A stretch of DNA of 64,000 nucleotides from the NCBI RefSeq assembly GCF_041956535.1, contig NW_027192198.1:97043-161042 (forward strand), given 5' to 3'. Within the stretch, counting starts at the first letter, position 1, and each line of letters starts with the position of its first letter. Position numbers and translations under genes: made by a program. The DNA is from Calcarisporiella thermophila CBS 279.70. Lineage: Eukaryota; Fungi; Calcarisporiellomycota. Of the stretch, positions 28,923-42,703 are shown in pieces. The notes under the pieces are model-generated. The model was not told where the DNA came from and made no database searches. It saw only the letters and a list, made by a program, of their open reading frames with translations.

Positions 28923-29040
28923 GGATTATATTTGACCTTTCGTGTGATGCATTATGCGGCGCAGCAAAATTTCTGACTTTCTAAAGGGTGTAATATTAAG
29001 ATTAAAACAACTGAGAGATCGCAAAATTAAGCGATAGAGA

Positions 29041-31599
29041 ATGGAAGATTCTGAGCACATTACGCAGGATCCAGCTCACACACAAGATAGCGAACAGAAT
29101 ACTATAGAAACCAATTCTACTAATGAAGATCATGCTCAGCAAACACAGGGATCCGACGACAATGAGGCACGTAGTTTAAATCCAGTGCCCAGTGTGCCTC
29201 CAGCACCGTTTGGTCAAGGAGAAGGCTCCCTGCATGCTTTCGCTCCGCCTCCAGTTTTTACTCTACCTCCCGGGTGGACACAGCATCAATCCCCAACTGG
29301 GCACCCGTACTTTTATAATTCAATCACCGGGCAAAGTAGCTGGGTGCCTCCTCCCCCGCAACCCCTTGCATATCCTCCTCCCCAAATGGCGCCAAGCCCA
29401 ATCCCGAAACAGCCCACGGAAAAATCGCCCAAAAAAAAGGCTCCTAAAGACAAAGCAAAGTCTATGCGTCCCATTCCGGGAACATCTTGGCGGCTCGTCA
29501 CCACTCACCAAGGCAATGAGTTTTATCACAATAAAGAGACGGGCAAATCTTCCTGGGTATTACCAGAAGAAATCCGGGAGGCAGTCGATAAAATGAAGCA
29601 AGAGGACAAAGAAAGAGAGCGAGAAGAGGAAGAGAAAAAGAAAAGAAAAGCCGAGGAGGAGGAGCTAGAGGCAAAGAGAGTGAAACGCGAGAATCAAGAG
29701 GACATGGAGTGAGTAGCGTTCTTCCTTTCGATTTTAGGTCTAACGATGCTATGTTTTTGGTATACTAATAAATAAGCAACTTTGCTAGAATAACCGAAGA
29801 CGACTTTGCGTATCAGCTCCAGTTTATGGACGAAGAAACACGCCGTGAACTTGGGATAGAGGCAGAGCAGTCACAGGAAACAACTGAGGAAGAGAAAAGA
29901 CCGGAGCGGACTTCAGGAATTCTAAGTGAAGAAGAGCGCAAAGAAGCGTTTCGACAACTTCTTCTTGAGTCAGACATCAATCCTTTTGGGACATGGGAGA
30001 AGGAACTCTCAAAGTTTATTCATGATTCGAGATATACTTGTATGCTATTTTTTTTCCGACAGAGCTACCGATTTGTCTAGAGATGTTTAACCTGAATTTT
30101 TTTTTGGAACAGTGGTGGAAAAGATTAAGGATAGGAAAGATATCTTTGATATGGTTTGCCGAAAATTGATCCAAGAGCGAAAATCCCAGAAAATAGATAA
30201 GCCAAAGGTAGAGCCATTTTTATTTTGATCGTCTGCTTGTAATCTTAATATATTTTCCCTGCCAACTTATTAGAGTGGCCGAGACCAATATTTGCAACTG
30301 CTCGCGGAAGAGACCACCCACCGCACCTACTGGGACGACTTCTCTCGTCGTTTCCGTCGCGACAAGCGGTTTACAGCTTTAGATAGCGCAAAAGAGCGCG
30401 AAACTCTGTTCAAGGATCATGTGGCGAAGTTGAGAGAGAGTATGTAAAACTATCACCAATAGAGTGGGTGACCGAGGCGCTAAATCTATTTTGTCACTCT
30501 ATTTGTAGAGCGAAAAATGGAAATGAAGAAGGCGCGGGATGATTTCTTAGAGCTGTTGAAAGAGACGTCAGAAATTGGGCCTAATTCGAGCTGGAGGAAA
30601 ATTAAACAAATCATCTGTGATGATCCACGATATGAAGCGGTGGGCTCTTCTACGGAACGAGAAGATATCTTTTATGATTATTGTCGACAGTTGGAGGATG
30701 AAGAAAGAGAAGAGCGAAGAAGAGAGAGGGAAAGGAGAGCCAAGTAAGGATTGAAGTCTTTCTAATCACCCCATGGCATGTTATGACTGATGCTTATTTG
30801 GTTCCCCACATTTGTTTAGAGAGGAAGCAAGTCTTCGTGAGCGTGAACGTGTCGTTCGAGCCCAGAAACATCGCCAGCTTCGTGAGATGGATAATCAAAA
30901 GTCAGCCGCTATCCGTGAGGAGGCCGTCGGCCAGTTTAGATCTCTGCTGGTTGATTTTGTTCGCTCCCACCAACTGACCTGGTCCGAAAAACGAGCGGAT
31001 TTGGAGCGCGACCCGCGGTTCCACCCGTCCACCTTAACAGAGGATGAGCGTAAGAGGCTATTTGCCGAGCATACAGACGAAATTTACAGAAAGCGAGTTA
31101 AGCAATATCAGACACTGCTCGATGCATACCCACTCAATGCCGAATGGTTAGAAATTCGTGATGCAGTCCGGGAGGATCCAAGAACCACGCGCCTAACTAA
31201 AGAGGAAAAGCTACTGGAGGAACTTTTTGACCAGTATCAGAGGGAAAGACAACAGCGAGCTATCGAGGAGTTTCTAGAATTGCTTAATGAGAGTCATTTC
31301 CTGGAATTCAGAGTACGCTGGGTGGTCATGGGGGGGGGAGGTGGGCGAGGATGGACAGCCGCCCGAGAAAAAGCCTGTGTTGGATTATAATGAAATTATT
31401 GACGTTCTCAAGGTGAAACCCTCCGCTCTGCTAGTTATTTTGCGTTGATCTAACCTCCGGTCTTTTTTACTTACAGGAGGACAAGAGATACCATGCTCTG
31501 GACCATGTTCCGGAAGAGCGAGATAAGTTAGTACGCAACCATATTAAAAAGGTGGAAGACCGTGCATCAAAGATCAAATCAGTTCATGTTAATCATTAA
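29041..31599 (+). CDS. WW/FF-domain transcription-splicing factor (TCERG1/Dre4/Urn1-like)
   Basis: Two WW domains (LPPGWTQHQSPTGHPYFYN...SSW; WRLVTT...FYHN...SSWVLP) and multiple FF repeats (DPRY, DKRF); about 7 exons; apparent +1 G frameshift in the run at 31330-31338. Confidence 0.88.
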
Positions 31600-31669
31600 A
31601 CAATACATTATTTATGGGCAATAAAGAGGGAATATCAACTAACAAAGGCATGGTTGTCGGTTCACACTC

Positions 31670-32145
31670 TTATCCATTTCCTTCAAACACCACTTGTGCA
31701 ATCACATATTCACCATCATGAGAAATAGAGACATGAGCCCGTGATATTCCCAGCTTTTTCGCGTTTTCAATGCGAAGTTGAGGCTTTCCTATAAATAAGA
31801 GATGAGTCAGGCGAAAATAGAGTCCAGCATCTGTGCACACACCATTAACTTTATAAAGTGTAACTTCTTTCCAATTCAGACGATGCGATGGATAAAGCGC
31901 CTTATAACATGCCTCTTTCACGGTCCATCTACAAATACAGCTCAACATTTACGGTCTGGGGCATTTAATCAATGAAGAAATTACCTTGAAGAGAGAAAAG
32001 AAACGGGGTCATTTTGCCATGGTTCCTCCTGCTCCGCGGGGCTGAGTATCCTCCGAGCGAATAACTTGGGGTTAGTCGGTCGTCGCGACAAAAGTGCTTG
32101 CAACCGTGGGATGTGGAGCATGTCGACTCCTATGCCCACAATCAT
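31670..32145 (-). CDS. PPT2: AcpS-type 4'-phosphopantetheinyl transferase (mitochondrial Ppt2-like)
   Basis: MIVGIGVD, RWTVKEACYKA, GKPQL, HVSISHDGEYVIAQV; 3 exons. Confidence 0.9.
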
Positions 32146-32283
32146 TGTGGAAAGAGAGTTATTGTGGCGCAGATATCTCTTGAGTGATATTAAAAATTAA
32201 TTTTTTCGTTGGAGGCAGGTGGTCATTGCCTCCAACAAACCCCCTACCCTTATCGCACGTCTACTGAACACCTCGGCTTGAAA

Positions 32284-33722
32284 ATGTATAGTTCGTACGG
32301 ACGGCACCAATACCAGCAACAGCAACAACAATCCATACACCAAACCTACTCACACTCACACCGTAGTTATCCGTATCGCCCAACTACCGCCTCACCCCCA
32401 CCGCTTCAACACCCTGTCCCCACACATCCATTTCATGTCCGCGACGCACCCACCCCACCCCCCGCACCAAGACATTCCAGTCATGCACAGCCTTACTATT
32501 CCATGTATGGAGATCAATCTCAATTCTCAGGAAGACAACTGCATCAACAGCATGGAATGGACTTTAACCAAATGCTAGGAATTGATGACGCTACGGCAAG
32601 ACTGGGGGTACAGTTTGGGAAATCGGCTGTCATGGCGGGCCACGAATATATGGAGAAAAATGTGCGGAGAGAGAATTCAGACTAGTGAAAGTGCTTGCAT
32701 TAATCTGATTTTATTGCTCCAGCTAAACAGATACGTTAACATATCGACGCTTAAATACTACTTTAACGTCACAAACACATACGTGCTTGGCAAAATTAAA
32801 CTGCTAGTCTTCCCGTGGCGACATAAAGTAATTAAATTATACGGCCTAATCTGTAGGTAGTGTTGGGTTTGTATCATAATTTTGTCTTTATTCTAGCCCT
32901 GGGCTCGAGCAATAAAGCGGTCAGAAAACACGGGGCAAATAGAGGGCTATCGGCCACCAAGAGAAGATATTAACTCGCCGGACCTGTACATACCAGGTGA
33001 GTTACACTAAAGCTTTCCAAAGCCCCCGCTTTTCCGCTCAAATCGTGTAACCCCGATATTAGCAATGGCATTCGTAACGTATGTTTTACTAGTCGGACTA
33101 ATACAAGGACGAGCGCGAAGGTAAATTCATATCGCTGTGACTCCCCAGACTTTTCTTTCAGTGTGCTAACGCGCTCGGCGATGAAGATTCCACCCGGAGC
33201 TACTGGGATTGACCGCTTCAAGTGCCATGGCAACGATGATCTTCGAGATGGTTGTAATCAAGCTTGGCTGTTACCTGTTAAACATTTCCACAGATATTCA
33301 GCTCTTTGACTTGCTCGCTTACTCTGGGTACAAATTTGTCGGGTTAGCACGCTATTTTTGGTCCCTTTCTTGTGCAGAAAATTTCCTAATACTTCGCGCT
33401 ATGAAACATAATAGAGTCATCATTACATTACTCGTAAAATTAGTGTTGCCGAGTTGGATGGCTTGGGCTACATATCTCTATACCGCACTCGCCATTGGCT
33501 TTTTTCTGGTAGAAGTATTTTCCTTCCAACAGAGCTGTATATCGAAGGGCTAACGTGCACATTCACTGCTAACAGCTACGATCCCTACGATACATGGTCC
33601 TGCCTGACTCGTCCACAACGACCACCACGGCCGCCAATGCCCCGCCATTGCGCAAGCGTCGTGTCTATTTCCTCTTTCTGATTTCTTCGCTGCAACTAGT
33701 CTTCATGTTCCTTCTCATCTAA
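32284..33722 (+). CDS. YIF1: ER-Golgi transport protein Yif1/Hrf1
   Basis: LKYYFNVTNTYV, LLVFPWRH, PREDINSPDLYIP, DLLAYSGYKFVG, FFLLRSLR; 7 exons. Confidence 0.92.
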
Positions 33723-33959
33723 ATTAAATTGTCACATGCCACCATGTGACTGCTGATTTTATTCCCACTGTCATTCGGGTCATTTTGCTTCTTCACGGGA
33801 ATTCTCGTGATAATAAAAACCCCTGTTCTGGCACACTTTCCTAGTTTTCTTCGTTTTGCCTTTTTTTTCCTTGTGAACTTACTTTTGTTTTCTTCGAGCC
33901 TCTTTGTTTTCTCTTTGCTTTTTCCCACTCCTCGCCCCAAACACTCAATTTTATTCAAT

Positions 33960-35718
33960 ATGTCCAATACTTCCGTCCCAGGCGTGTCTATTCTCGGCCC
34001 CGTCTCCGCCCAACATGCCGAAATCCTGACGCCAGAATGTCTCCAATTCTATGCAACCCTGCATCGTATCTTTAATACCACCCGCAAAAATCTTCTCCAG
34101 AGGCGCGTCTTCCGCCAGCAAGAACTCGACCGTGGCGTCCTACCTGATTTTCTGCCCGAGACTGCACACATCCGCAATGACCTTCATTGGCGTGCGGCAA
34201 AACCTGCCCCAGGATTGCGCGACAGAAGGGTGGAAATCACCGGGCCCGTTGACAGGAAAATGGTGATTAATGCCTTAAATTCCGGGGCCATGACCTACAT
34301 GGCTGACTTTGAAGACAGTCATGCGCCAACCTGGGAAAATAATCTGGATGGACAAATTAACATGAGAGATGCGGTTCGGGGAACCATTTCTTATGTTGGA
34401 CCCAATGGAAAAGAGTACAAGTTGAGACAGGATGGAAAGGTGGCCACACTTATCGTCAGGTAGGTGTATTTCGCGAAAAAAGGTCTAATTCATTTCATTA
34501 ACAACTATAATTTTTAGACCCCGCGGATGGCATTTGGACGAGAAGCATGTCATCGTCGATGGCCAGCCTGCATCAGCGTCCATTTTCGACTTTGCTCTCT
34601 ATTTCTTCCACAACGCTAAGGCATCCATTGAACGAGGATTTGGACCGTACTTCTATTTGCCGAAGATGGAATCGCATCTAGAAGCAAGGTAATTCATCAA
34701 CACTATTAGGAGAAGTGATATTGTGCGATTACTGAAAGGGGACATGTTGTCTAGACTTTGGAACGATATCTTCAATGTCGCGCAGGATATGATCGGTATT
34801 CCCCGCGGGACCATTCGTGGCACTGTTCTCATTGAAACCATTCTTGCCGCATTCGAGATGGACGAGATCATTTATGAGCTACGTGAACATTCCTCAGGAC
34901 TTAACTGTGGCCGCTGGGATTACATTTTCTCCGTTATCAAGAAATTCCGTCTCAACCCACTTTTTGTTCTCCCAGACCGCTCCGATGTGACCATGACCGT
35001 ACCATTCATGGATGCTTATGTGCGACTTCTGATCAAAACTTGCCACCAGCGCGGAGTTCACGCCATGGGTGGAATGGCTGCTCAGATCCCAATCAAAGAT
35101 GATCCCAAGGCCAATGATGCTGCTATGGCCAGAGTTAAAGCCGATAAATTGCGTGAAGTCCTTGCGGGCCATGATGGTACATGGGTTGCCCATCCAGCGT
35201 TGATTAAAATCGCGATGGATATCTTTAATGATCATATGCCTCAACCGAACCAAATTCACATTCGCCGGGATGATGTTCATGTGACAGCCAAGGATCTCTT
35301 GAACATGCGCGTCCCAGGAGCGATCACCGAAGCCGGAATCAGGAACAATCTCTCGGTAGGATTGATCTATATGGAAGCCTGGCTTCGCGGCGTTGGCTGT
35401 GTCCCGATTCACCATCTCATGGAAGATGCTGCCACGGCGGAAATTTCGCGCTCACAGTTGTGGCAATGGGCCCGCCACCGCAGTGTTACACGTGAGGGCA
35501 AGGAGATCACTCCCGAATGGTTGCTCCAACTTCTGAACGAAGAAGTTGAGAAGCTGAAGCAGCAATTGGGCGGCCAACGGTTCTCTGCATCGAAATTCGA
35601 GCTTGCCAAGCGTTACATGGCCACTCAGATCACTGGCGACGACAAATATGCAGACTTTTTGACAACCCTTATTTACAATGAAATCATAACCACAGGATCA
35701 AACAAAGCTAAGATCTAA
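33960..35718 (+). CDS. MLS1: Glyoxysomal malate synthase
   Basis: [46 protein letters not shown]; C-terminal PTS1-like AKI; exons 33960-34459, 34519-34688, 34755-35718. Confidence 0.97.
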
Positions 35719-36830
35719 AAAAATATGAAATAACATATGTTATTTAGTGTTATGAACAAGATGTTTGCGTGTACATTTTATTATATATTCCTAAAAATAA
35801 ATGGATATTGTAGTAATTCTACATCAAGTAGTAGTTTGTGGTACAGTGTAGAAATGGGCATATAATGGATTCAATATTTGACGTGTGACACTGTCGCGTC
35901 TTCTCTAAACCCATGCAATGCAACGAAGCTAGAGCCCTTATTTTTTCTTATTGCTATTCTTAACGATCTTGAGATCGGTCAATGAATATTTGTCAGGTAC
36001 ACAGTTCACTTATATCCTCTTACTACTGTTTATTCCTATCATATTTTTATTGCAAGATGTTCTACAAAAAAATTTTCTTGTAGTGATATTAATTTGAAGG
36101 TAGTTGTCAAATAAACGCCTATATAAACCGAATGCAAAGCAAATTAGTGCTTGTGAAGAACATCAAGTAGAAGAGTCGTTATCCTCATTGATTATATGAA
36201 GGAAATAAGTACAGCCTCCTACGACATGTTCCAGTTATATTCTACTATTTTCTTCGCGAAATTAATGGCAAAAATACCCACTTCTGCAAGAAGAGTGTAC
36301 TCTATCAACTCAGATGAATGACTGCTTAAATTTATGCTCATCCCATAATCTCGGGAATATAATGCTAAGCCACCAATCTCCCTAGACATGTATAAAAACC
36401 AGGTTATAGTGATAATTGATCCCTATCCTTGTGCACGGGCAAACCTGCATCAGTGAGGCTCAGCCGAGATCAGGTCATTGCTAATTGAAAACTACCCAGT
36501 TGCACGTCTAGACGCTTGCCCTTCGGGTGAGCGGCTAGCAATTTCTGGAGGTGTTCTGCACCAACAATTATAAAAAAAAGAAAAAGAGATCTTAATCTGA
36601 ATTGCTATACCTAACTTGATCTTAGGATTAAGAATCCTCGTTCAAGGCAAATCCTCTCAGGATGATTGCACAACGCAAATTTTCCCTTTCGCTCACCATG
36701 TATTGTCGGTGTTTATCGTGGGAAAAATAGCACTAAATGAGCCACCTCCATTTTTATTATCACACCTTGACTCCGTGCTCCAAGTTATAATCTTTCTCAT
36801 CAAGCAAAATATATTTGTAGTTCATCAAAC

Positions 36831-38337
36831 ATGTTACGTATTAATTCATTAATCCGGAATCACATCACAAGAGGAGTAAGTGTTTTTTTTTCAAGCGTAA
36901 TTGATTCCTATGCCCAATCTTCATACCTATGGTTTCCTACTAGAAGAATGGTTCTCCTTTGATTCCTCTTCATCGTGCCTTTGCTTCTACCTACAATTCA
37001 GCAGTTGCGGGTCTCACCCCAGAGCAAGAAGAGGTATGCTAAATGAAATTGGCCTCTTTTTTTATTCTCTTACTGGCGAAGCATTTACTTATGGCGCCTG
37101 TTCACTCAATCCATCCAGTTCCGACTTGCTGTTCGTGAATTCGCCGAGCGTGAATTGGCTCCGCGCGCGGCAGACATTGACCGCACAAACACATTCCCAT
37201 CCGATATGTGGCGCAAGCTTGGTGATATGGGCCTTCTTGGCATTACTGCACCTGAAAAATATGGTGGAATGGGACAGGGATACCTTTCTCACGTCACAGT
37301 CATGGAGGAGATTTCACGCGCCTCAGGATCCGTGGGACTTAGCTATGGCGCACATAGTAACCTATGTGTGAATCAGATCGTTAGAAATGGAAACGATGCA
37401 CAGAAGGACAAGTATCTCCCAAAGCTGATTTCGGGCGAGCATGTTGGTGCGTTGGCCATGTCCGAGCCCGGAAGTGGGTCCGATGTGGTTTCGATGCGGT
37501 TACGTGCTGAGCGCAAAGGGGACCGCTATGTGTTGAACGGCAACAAGATGTGGATCACCAACGGCCCTGATGCGGATGTGCTTGTGGTGTATGCCAAGAC
37601 GGACCCAAAGGCTGGGCCCAAGGGAATCACCGCCTTTCTGATTGAGAAGGGTTTCAAGGGCTTTTCGACTTCGCAAAAGCTTGATAAACTTGGGATGCGC
37701 GGATCGAACACGTGCGAGTTGGTGTTCGAGGATTGTGAAGTTCCCGTTGAGAATGTACTGGGTCAAGAGGGCAAGGGAGTATATGTATTAATGAGCGGGT
37801 TGGATTTAGAGCGGCTGGTTCTTTCGGGTGGGCCACTAGGGTAAGATCACAAAATCCCTCTTCATTCCTGAATGATAGCATTGAAAAACACCCCCCCCCC
37901 CTCCCTATCTTTTCTTCTGTGTACGTATATCCTCCAGTTTAATGCAGGCTGCCCTGGACATTGTCGTGCCTTATGTTCACACACGCAAGCAGTTCGGTCA
38001 GCCCATCGGTGAATTCCAGCTAATCCAAGGGAAATTGGCGGATATGTATACAAAAATGAACGCTTCGCGCGCCTATGTCTATGCGGTTGGTCGGGCTGCG
38101 GACAGCGGCCATGTGAGCAACAAGGATTGTGCTGGTGTGATCTTGTACTCGGCCGAGAGGGCCACCGAGGTATGCCTGGACGCCATCCAGTGTCTGGGCG
38201 GAAACGGTTATATTAATGATTACCCGACGGGACGCTTGTTGCGGGATGCGAAGCTCTACGAGATCGGTGCTGGTACCAGTGAGATCCGGAGGATGTTGAT
38301 CGGAAGAGAATTCAACAAGGAATACCAAGAAAACTGA
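36831..38337 (+). CDS. IVD: Mitochondrial isovaleryl-CoA dehydrogenase
   Basis: Presequence [15 protein letters not shown]; [51 protein letters not shown]; 4 exons. Confidence 0.95.
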
Positions 38338-38738
38338 GAATTATCTGGGACTATTTGTGTAGTTGGTAACGAGTTTAGCAATAAACCTAAAGTTATATAT
38401 TGTTGGTTTCCCGTCTCGGCCTCTGCTATTTGCCTGACTTTGAAGTGTTTCATAAGAATATACTGTATTAGTCCTAAAATAAAAAAATGGAAAAGAAAGA
38501 GAACAATCACTCAATTATCAACAGGAAATATTTCAGAAAGGAGAAAAAAAGGAAGACAAAAGCAACAAATAAAATTAGGGCAGGTAGGGGGAGAAGGGGA
38601 AATCGTATTAAAACAAGAAATATGTTATAAAGAGGAAAAGAAGGCACAAAAAAATTAACTATTGAAAGATATGAGAAAAATAAACTTAAATGTAAGCAAA
38701 TGTATCTTACTTATTTTTAAAAAAATTGGTGGAAATAA

Positions 38739-41219
38739 TTAACCCCAGCGAACAAACTCCCCCATTCCTCCCTCTTGGTCATCAGTGTGGGGTGGAGCCG
38801 TGGCCGGCAAACGTCCGAAATTCGAGATATCGAATTCATTGCCCAACGGAATATACAGTTCTATTATACGCCCAAACTTTAGTTCGAAATCCATGAAAAA
38901 AAAAACAGGCGTTGTATACAAACCATTGTCATTGGGAGAATCCAACTTCACAACAAACTCATTGAAGGCCTTGTCCCCACCATCCTCTTCGGCAGCAGCT
39001 GCAAACAACTCCCCAAACTCCGTTGCATCACCCATAGGCATATCTTCTATATCATCCTCTGGTCTCATAGTCGTGGAAGGGGTGGTGGAGGGGGTCGCAG
39101 CAGAAAGAGATGGAGAGTGGGACGCACCACGGGGGTGGGGCGGAGGATGATAGGGTGCATATCGTCTGGAGTGGGTCATATGGGGCGATTCTCCCCCCTC
39201 TAGCCCTTCTGTCTTGCTTAGTGCCGTTGAGGCAGTTCCTTCTGAGCCACTCTCTTTATTCTCCACGATTTGAAGGGTTGAGAAGCGCCTATGCAATATC
39301 GAACTTTCGCCCCCATTTCCTCCCGCTGCACCATTACCGGCGCCAGCCTCTTCTCCTGTAGAACTAGAATTCGCACTGCTGGAGGCGGTGGCGGTATTTT
39401 CCGACGCCTGTTTCATCCGCGCCGCATTCCGCTCCTCCAGCAACCGCTGCATCAGGATAGCCTTCTTCCCTGTCGCTGGCTTTCCACGCTTGCGTAACAT
39501 TTCCTTTAGCTCCGCCACCGTCACATCATCAAAATTGATGCGCTCTAGCTCCGCATCCAGGCGGCGCTGCTGCTCAGGGGTCGCGGCGGCGGCAAGACGC
39601 ACAATAGGCTTAGAGGTGTGGAGAAACCCTCCGCCAGCACGTGGAATCTGTACAGGGGGTAAACGTGCGGCGGATGTTGGTGCAAAATTTTCGAGAGGAA
39701 CGGAGCGCGGAATGGTGTTGTTCTGGCCATTGACCTGCATGGGGCCACCGGTTAGATTGTAGGGTGCCGGGGGTAGTGAGGTAGAGCGCTTACGCCCACG
39801 AATATCCCGCAGAGGACTCGATGCCTGCAAATGTGCTGGGTTTAGCACTCCCCCAGACAATGCCGAGATCAGTTCATCGGGCGTTGCTGGACGACGCCCC
39901 TCATTGAATTCAAACGTATTGGGGGTGGAGGGACGCCAGCCCTCCAGATCCCCCCCACGTGGAACACGAATTCCGCCGGATGGAGAGGCGGTGCGCATCA
40001 TCTTCATGCGGGTGCGAATTGGACCTCCCGTATGATTTTGGTGACGCTGGTGGAATTCAAAATCGCTTGGAATATGAGTTGGGGAGGGAGGGGCTGATAA
40101 CGCCCCCAAATTTGGCGGTTGAACGTGAACAGGTAGAGGGCTGGCCGAAGGGCTTCCCGGGTTGGAGATAGTCACCCCAGAAGTTGCCTGATGTGTAGTC
40201 ATTGGCACGGAGGTAGGGGCATTGAAAAGCGTATTGAGAGCCTGTGAGCTGACCTGCATAGAGATAGGACGCCGCTTAGCATTTCCATTGGCTTGCACGC
40301 GTGATGTTTGTTGAGAGAGTGGGGAGGGGATGTTAGTTTGACCGGTGGCAAAATTGGATGGCTTCTGAGGGATGGAGCTGGTAGAGAGACTACGTCTCCG
40401 TCGACCGGGTGGGAGGGGATCGCCATGCGGAAGAAGCAAAGTGTCATTCAACCCTCCAGCCATCTGTGAGTTAAACACGTTTGCACCTGATCCTGCAGCT
40501 GCATCTGATACTCCGAGCCACGGCAATTGATCCCAGACGGAAGAGTCGTGTTTTTCCACATCGAAAGTGTGGTTATCTAGTGACAAATAATTTGCCATAG
40601 ACGATTCACCAGCGGGTTGCTTATTGTTTAGATACTCAATAGATCCCGTTTCCTGGTCCAATTGTGAGGATAAAGCCTTCATTGGATCTATGCAATTCTC
40701 CTGTTCTGCTTGATGTTGCCCCTGCTGCTGCTGCTGCTGCTGCTGTTGCTGATGTAAAATCGCGAGGAGTTCATTAGGTTCTAATCCTGCCGCTTCTAGG
40801 CCTTGCCACAAATTTTGTACATCTCCTATATTCGCCCAGTCTACATTAGGCGATGCGTGTGCCAGTCCTTCCAATTGCGCTTGGTTAAACATGAAATTCT
40901 GTTGATCATTGAGAGTAATTCCATCGCCACCAGATGTTAAACCTTGCATTAGGAGCTTGGTCGCTTCCGAGGTGCTCATTTCTCCGAAAAGCGAATTGAG
41001 TGGAATGTTGGACGAGTGCGGAGGAGAGCTGTGCTGATCTGACGATTGAGAGGGGTTGTGGCCGTTCTGCTGTTGTTGGCCACTCATATCTGTTTCAGGT
41101 GATCTGATATGGCTCTCGTGTTCACCCGACTGTTCATTATGGCCTGCGAACAGCTCTGAATCATACGAGAGTCCCTCTGCCAGCACTGTAGGCGAAGTAT
41201 TGGGATTTGGCTGAAACAT
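38739..41219 (-). CDS. Low-complexity SAP-domain protein
   Basis: SAP motif VTVAELKEMLRKRGKPATGKKAILMQRL; polyQ; probable in-frame 63-nt intron near 38863-38925. Confidence 0.8.
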   Translation of the reverse strand: MFQPNPNTSPTVLAEGLSYDSELFAGHNEQSGEHESHIRSPETDMSGQQQQNGHNPSQSSDQHSSPPHSSNIPLNSLFGEMSTSEATKLLMQGLTSGGDGITLNDQQNFMFNQAQLEGLAHASPNVDWANIGDVQNLWQGLEAAGLEPNELLAILHQQQQQQQQQQGQHQAEQENCIDPMKALSSQLDQETGSIEYLNNKQPAGESSMANYLSLDNHTFDVEKHDSSVWDQLPWLGVSDAAAGSGANVFNSQMAGGLNDTLLLPHGDPLPPGRRRRSLSTSSIPQKPSNFATGQTNIPSPLSQQTSRVQANGNAKRRPISMQVSSQALNTLFNAPTSVPMTTHQATSGVTISNPGSPSASPLPVHVQPPNLGALSAPPSPTHIPSDFEFHQRHQNHTGGPIRTRMKMMRTASPSGGIRVPRGGDLEGWRPSTPNTFEFNEGRRPATPDELISALSGGVLNPAHLQASSPLRDIRGRKRSTSLPPAPYNLTGGPMQVNGQNNTIPRSVPLENFAPTSAARLPPVQIPRAGGGFLHTSKPIVRLAAAATPEQQRRLDAELERINFDDVTVAELKEMLRKRGKPATGKKAILMQRLLEERNAARMKQASENTATASSSANSSSTGEEAGAGNGAAGGNGGESSILHRRFSTLQIVENKESGSEGTASTALSKTEGLEGGESPHMTHSRRYAPYHPPPHPRGASHSPSLSAATPSTTPSTTMRPEDDIEDMPMGDATEFGELFAAAAEEDGGDKAFNEFVVKLDSPNDNGLYTTPVFFFMDFELKFGRIIELYIPLGNEFDISNFGRLPATAPPHTDDQEGGMGEFVRWG

Positions 41220-42179
41220 CAGGTGAGAAAAAAGGGCGGTTCTCCAGAGATAAATGTGAAGATGAAAATGTGGGGATGAATATAAGAAATGGACGAATCT
41301 CAGAGAACAGGTAGCTTTGCTAATAAATAATTCTATATATCAATGGGGATGGGGAGAGGAAAGATAGAAAAAAAAAAAACGGGGCTATTGCGACCTGGAG
41401 AGCAATCCTTATAGTTCGCCAAAAATTCGGGGGAAGAAAATTAATATTTTTAGGGCAAAAAAAAAGGGAATAAAGTCAGCACTTTGACATTTCCAGGTGT
41501 ATCAAAAATATGAATTAAGAAAATCAACTCACTTATAATTAGTTTATTGTCAGTAAGCTTTGTCTTTGTTCTTATTTGCCGTAAATTCGGTTGAAACTGA
41601 TTAGAAGGAATTCCAGCGAGTTTTAGAGATGATAAAAAAGTTGGCTGATATGTCTGAAAACTGGTGGCTTCGTCAACTTGGCCCATCGCCAATTCCGAAG
41701 AGTCGATCTATGGATATTTGAGGAAGATATTGAAAAAAAGGGGTGAGAACTGGATGAAGACATTTGTTTCCCGCAAAAACCTGCCATTCCCTTGACAAGC
41801 AAAATATATCGGTAACACCCATGAAACACACATATACATATTTTTGTTCCCACTTTCCCGAAATAAAGTATATAGACATTATAACCCTTCACCAAATTAC
41901 TCATCCTCTCTGATTCTTATTGCCGCGCCCCCCGAAAAGTTCAAGCTAGTCTATTTTTATTTTCACTCTATTTCAAAAAAAAAAAAACACTTTTATGGTA
42001 GAGGATAACTTCCTGAAAAATAAAAATAAAAAGTATAGGTAGTGCACCCTAAGACAAGACAAAATGAGTAAGATAAATATATCATGAAGGGGGCAGCATC
42101 ATTTTATTTATCACCCACAAGAAAAACGAAAATACATAAACGATTAAAAAATTTAGCAACAAAGAATCGAATCAGTGGT

Positions 42180-42703
42180 CTAGAAGCCCAGCTCTTCCTT
42201 AGTTAACACTCCCAATTCCTCTCGGATGCTCTGCAGCTCCTCCAGGTATTGCTTGTATTGGCCCTCATTTTCGACCTTAGCCTTCACTCCTTCGAAGATC
42301 CGCACAGCTGTGGCGAAATCGTTCACGCGGCGTGCGGCCTTTAGTGCACTCTCGATCACGGATGGTGCCGGAACAAGATCGTACGCAAAGCAGTTGTTGA
42401 GACCGCGCTGCAGCTCGAATTGATCGTCGACCCCCTCAAAGAACTTAACGTAACGAGCATTGAAGTCCTCATAAGACTCCTCCTCATGCGCTGCTGAGTA
42501 GGTGCGACGAGCAATGACAGGGACTATAAAATATCCTTGTTAGACGATTGTCATAATTCATCCAAAGACATCAAATAATGTCATCTAAAGATTTCAGGAA
42601 AAAAAAAGTGCAGGGTGGGCTACTCACCAGCAGAGCGGGCCACGCGAGTAGATTGGCGAGCAGCGATGCTCAAGGGGCGGACAAAAGATGCGAGCTTGTT
42701 CAT
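42180..42703 (-). CDS. COX6: Cytochrome c oxidase subunit 6 (mammalian Va)
   Basis: HEEESYEDFNARY, FELQRGLNNCFAYDLVPAP, ARRVNDFATAVRIFEG; one intron. Confidence 0.95.

Noticed and set aside
33807-33959. Hydrophobic N-terminal extension of malate synthase
   Set aside because: Non-ATG start; it reflects a pyrimidine-rich leader, and homology begins at ATG 33960.
26303-38337. Functional clustering (nudE next to DUO1; MLS1 next to IVD; PPT2 as a secondary-metabolite marker)
   Set aside because: Ordinary housekeeping adjacency; PPT2 is AcpS-type and no PKS/NRPS is present.
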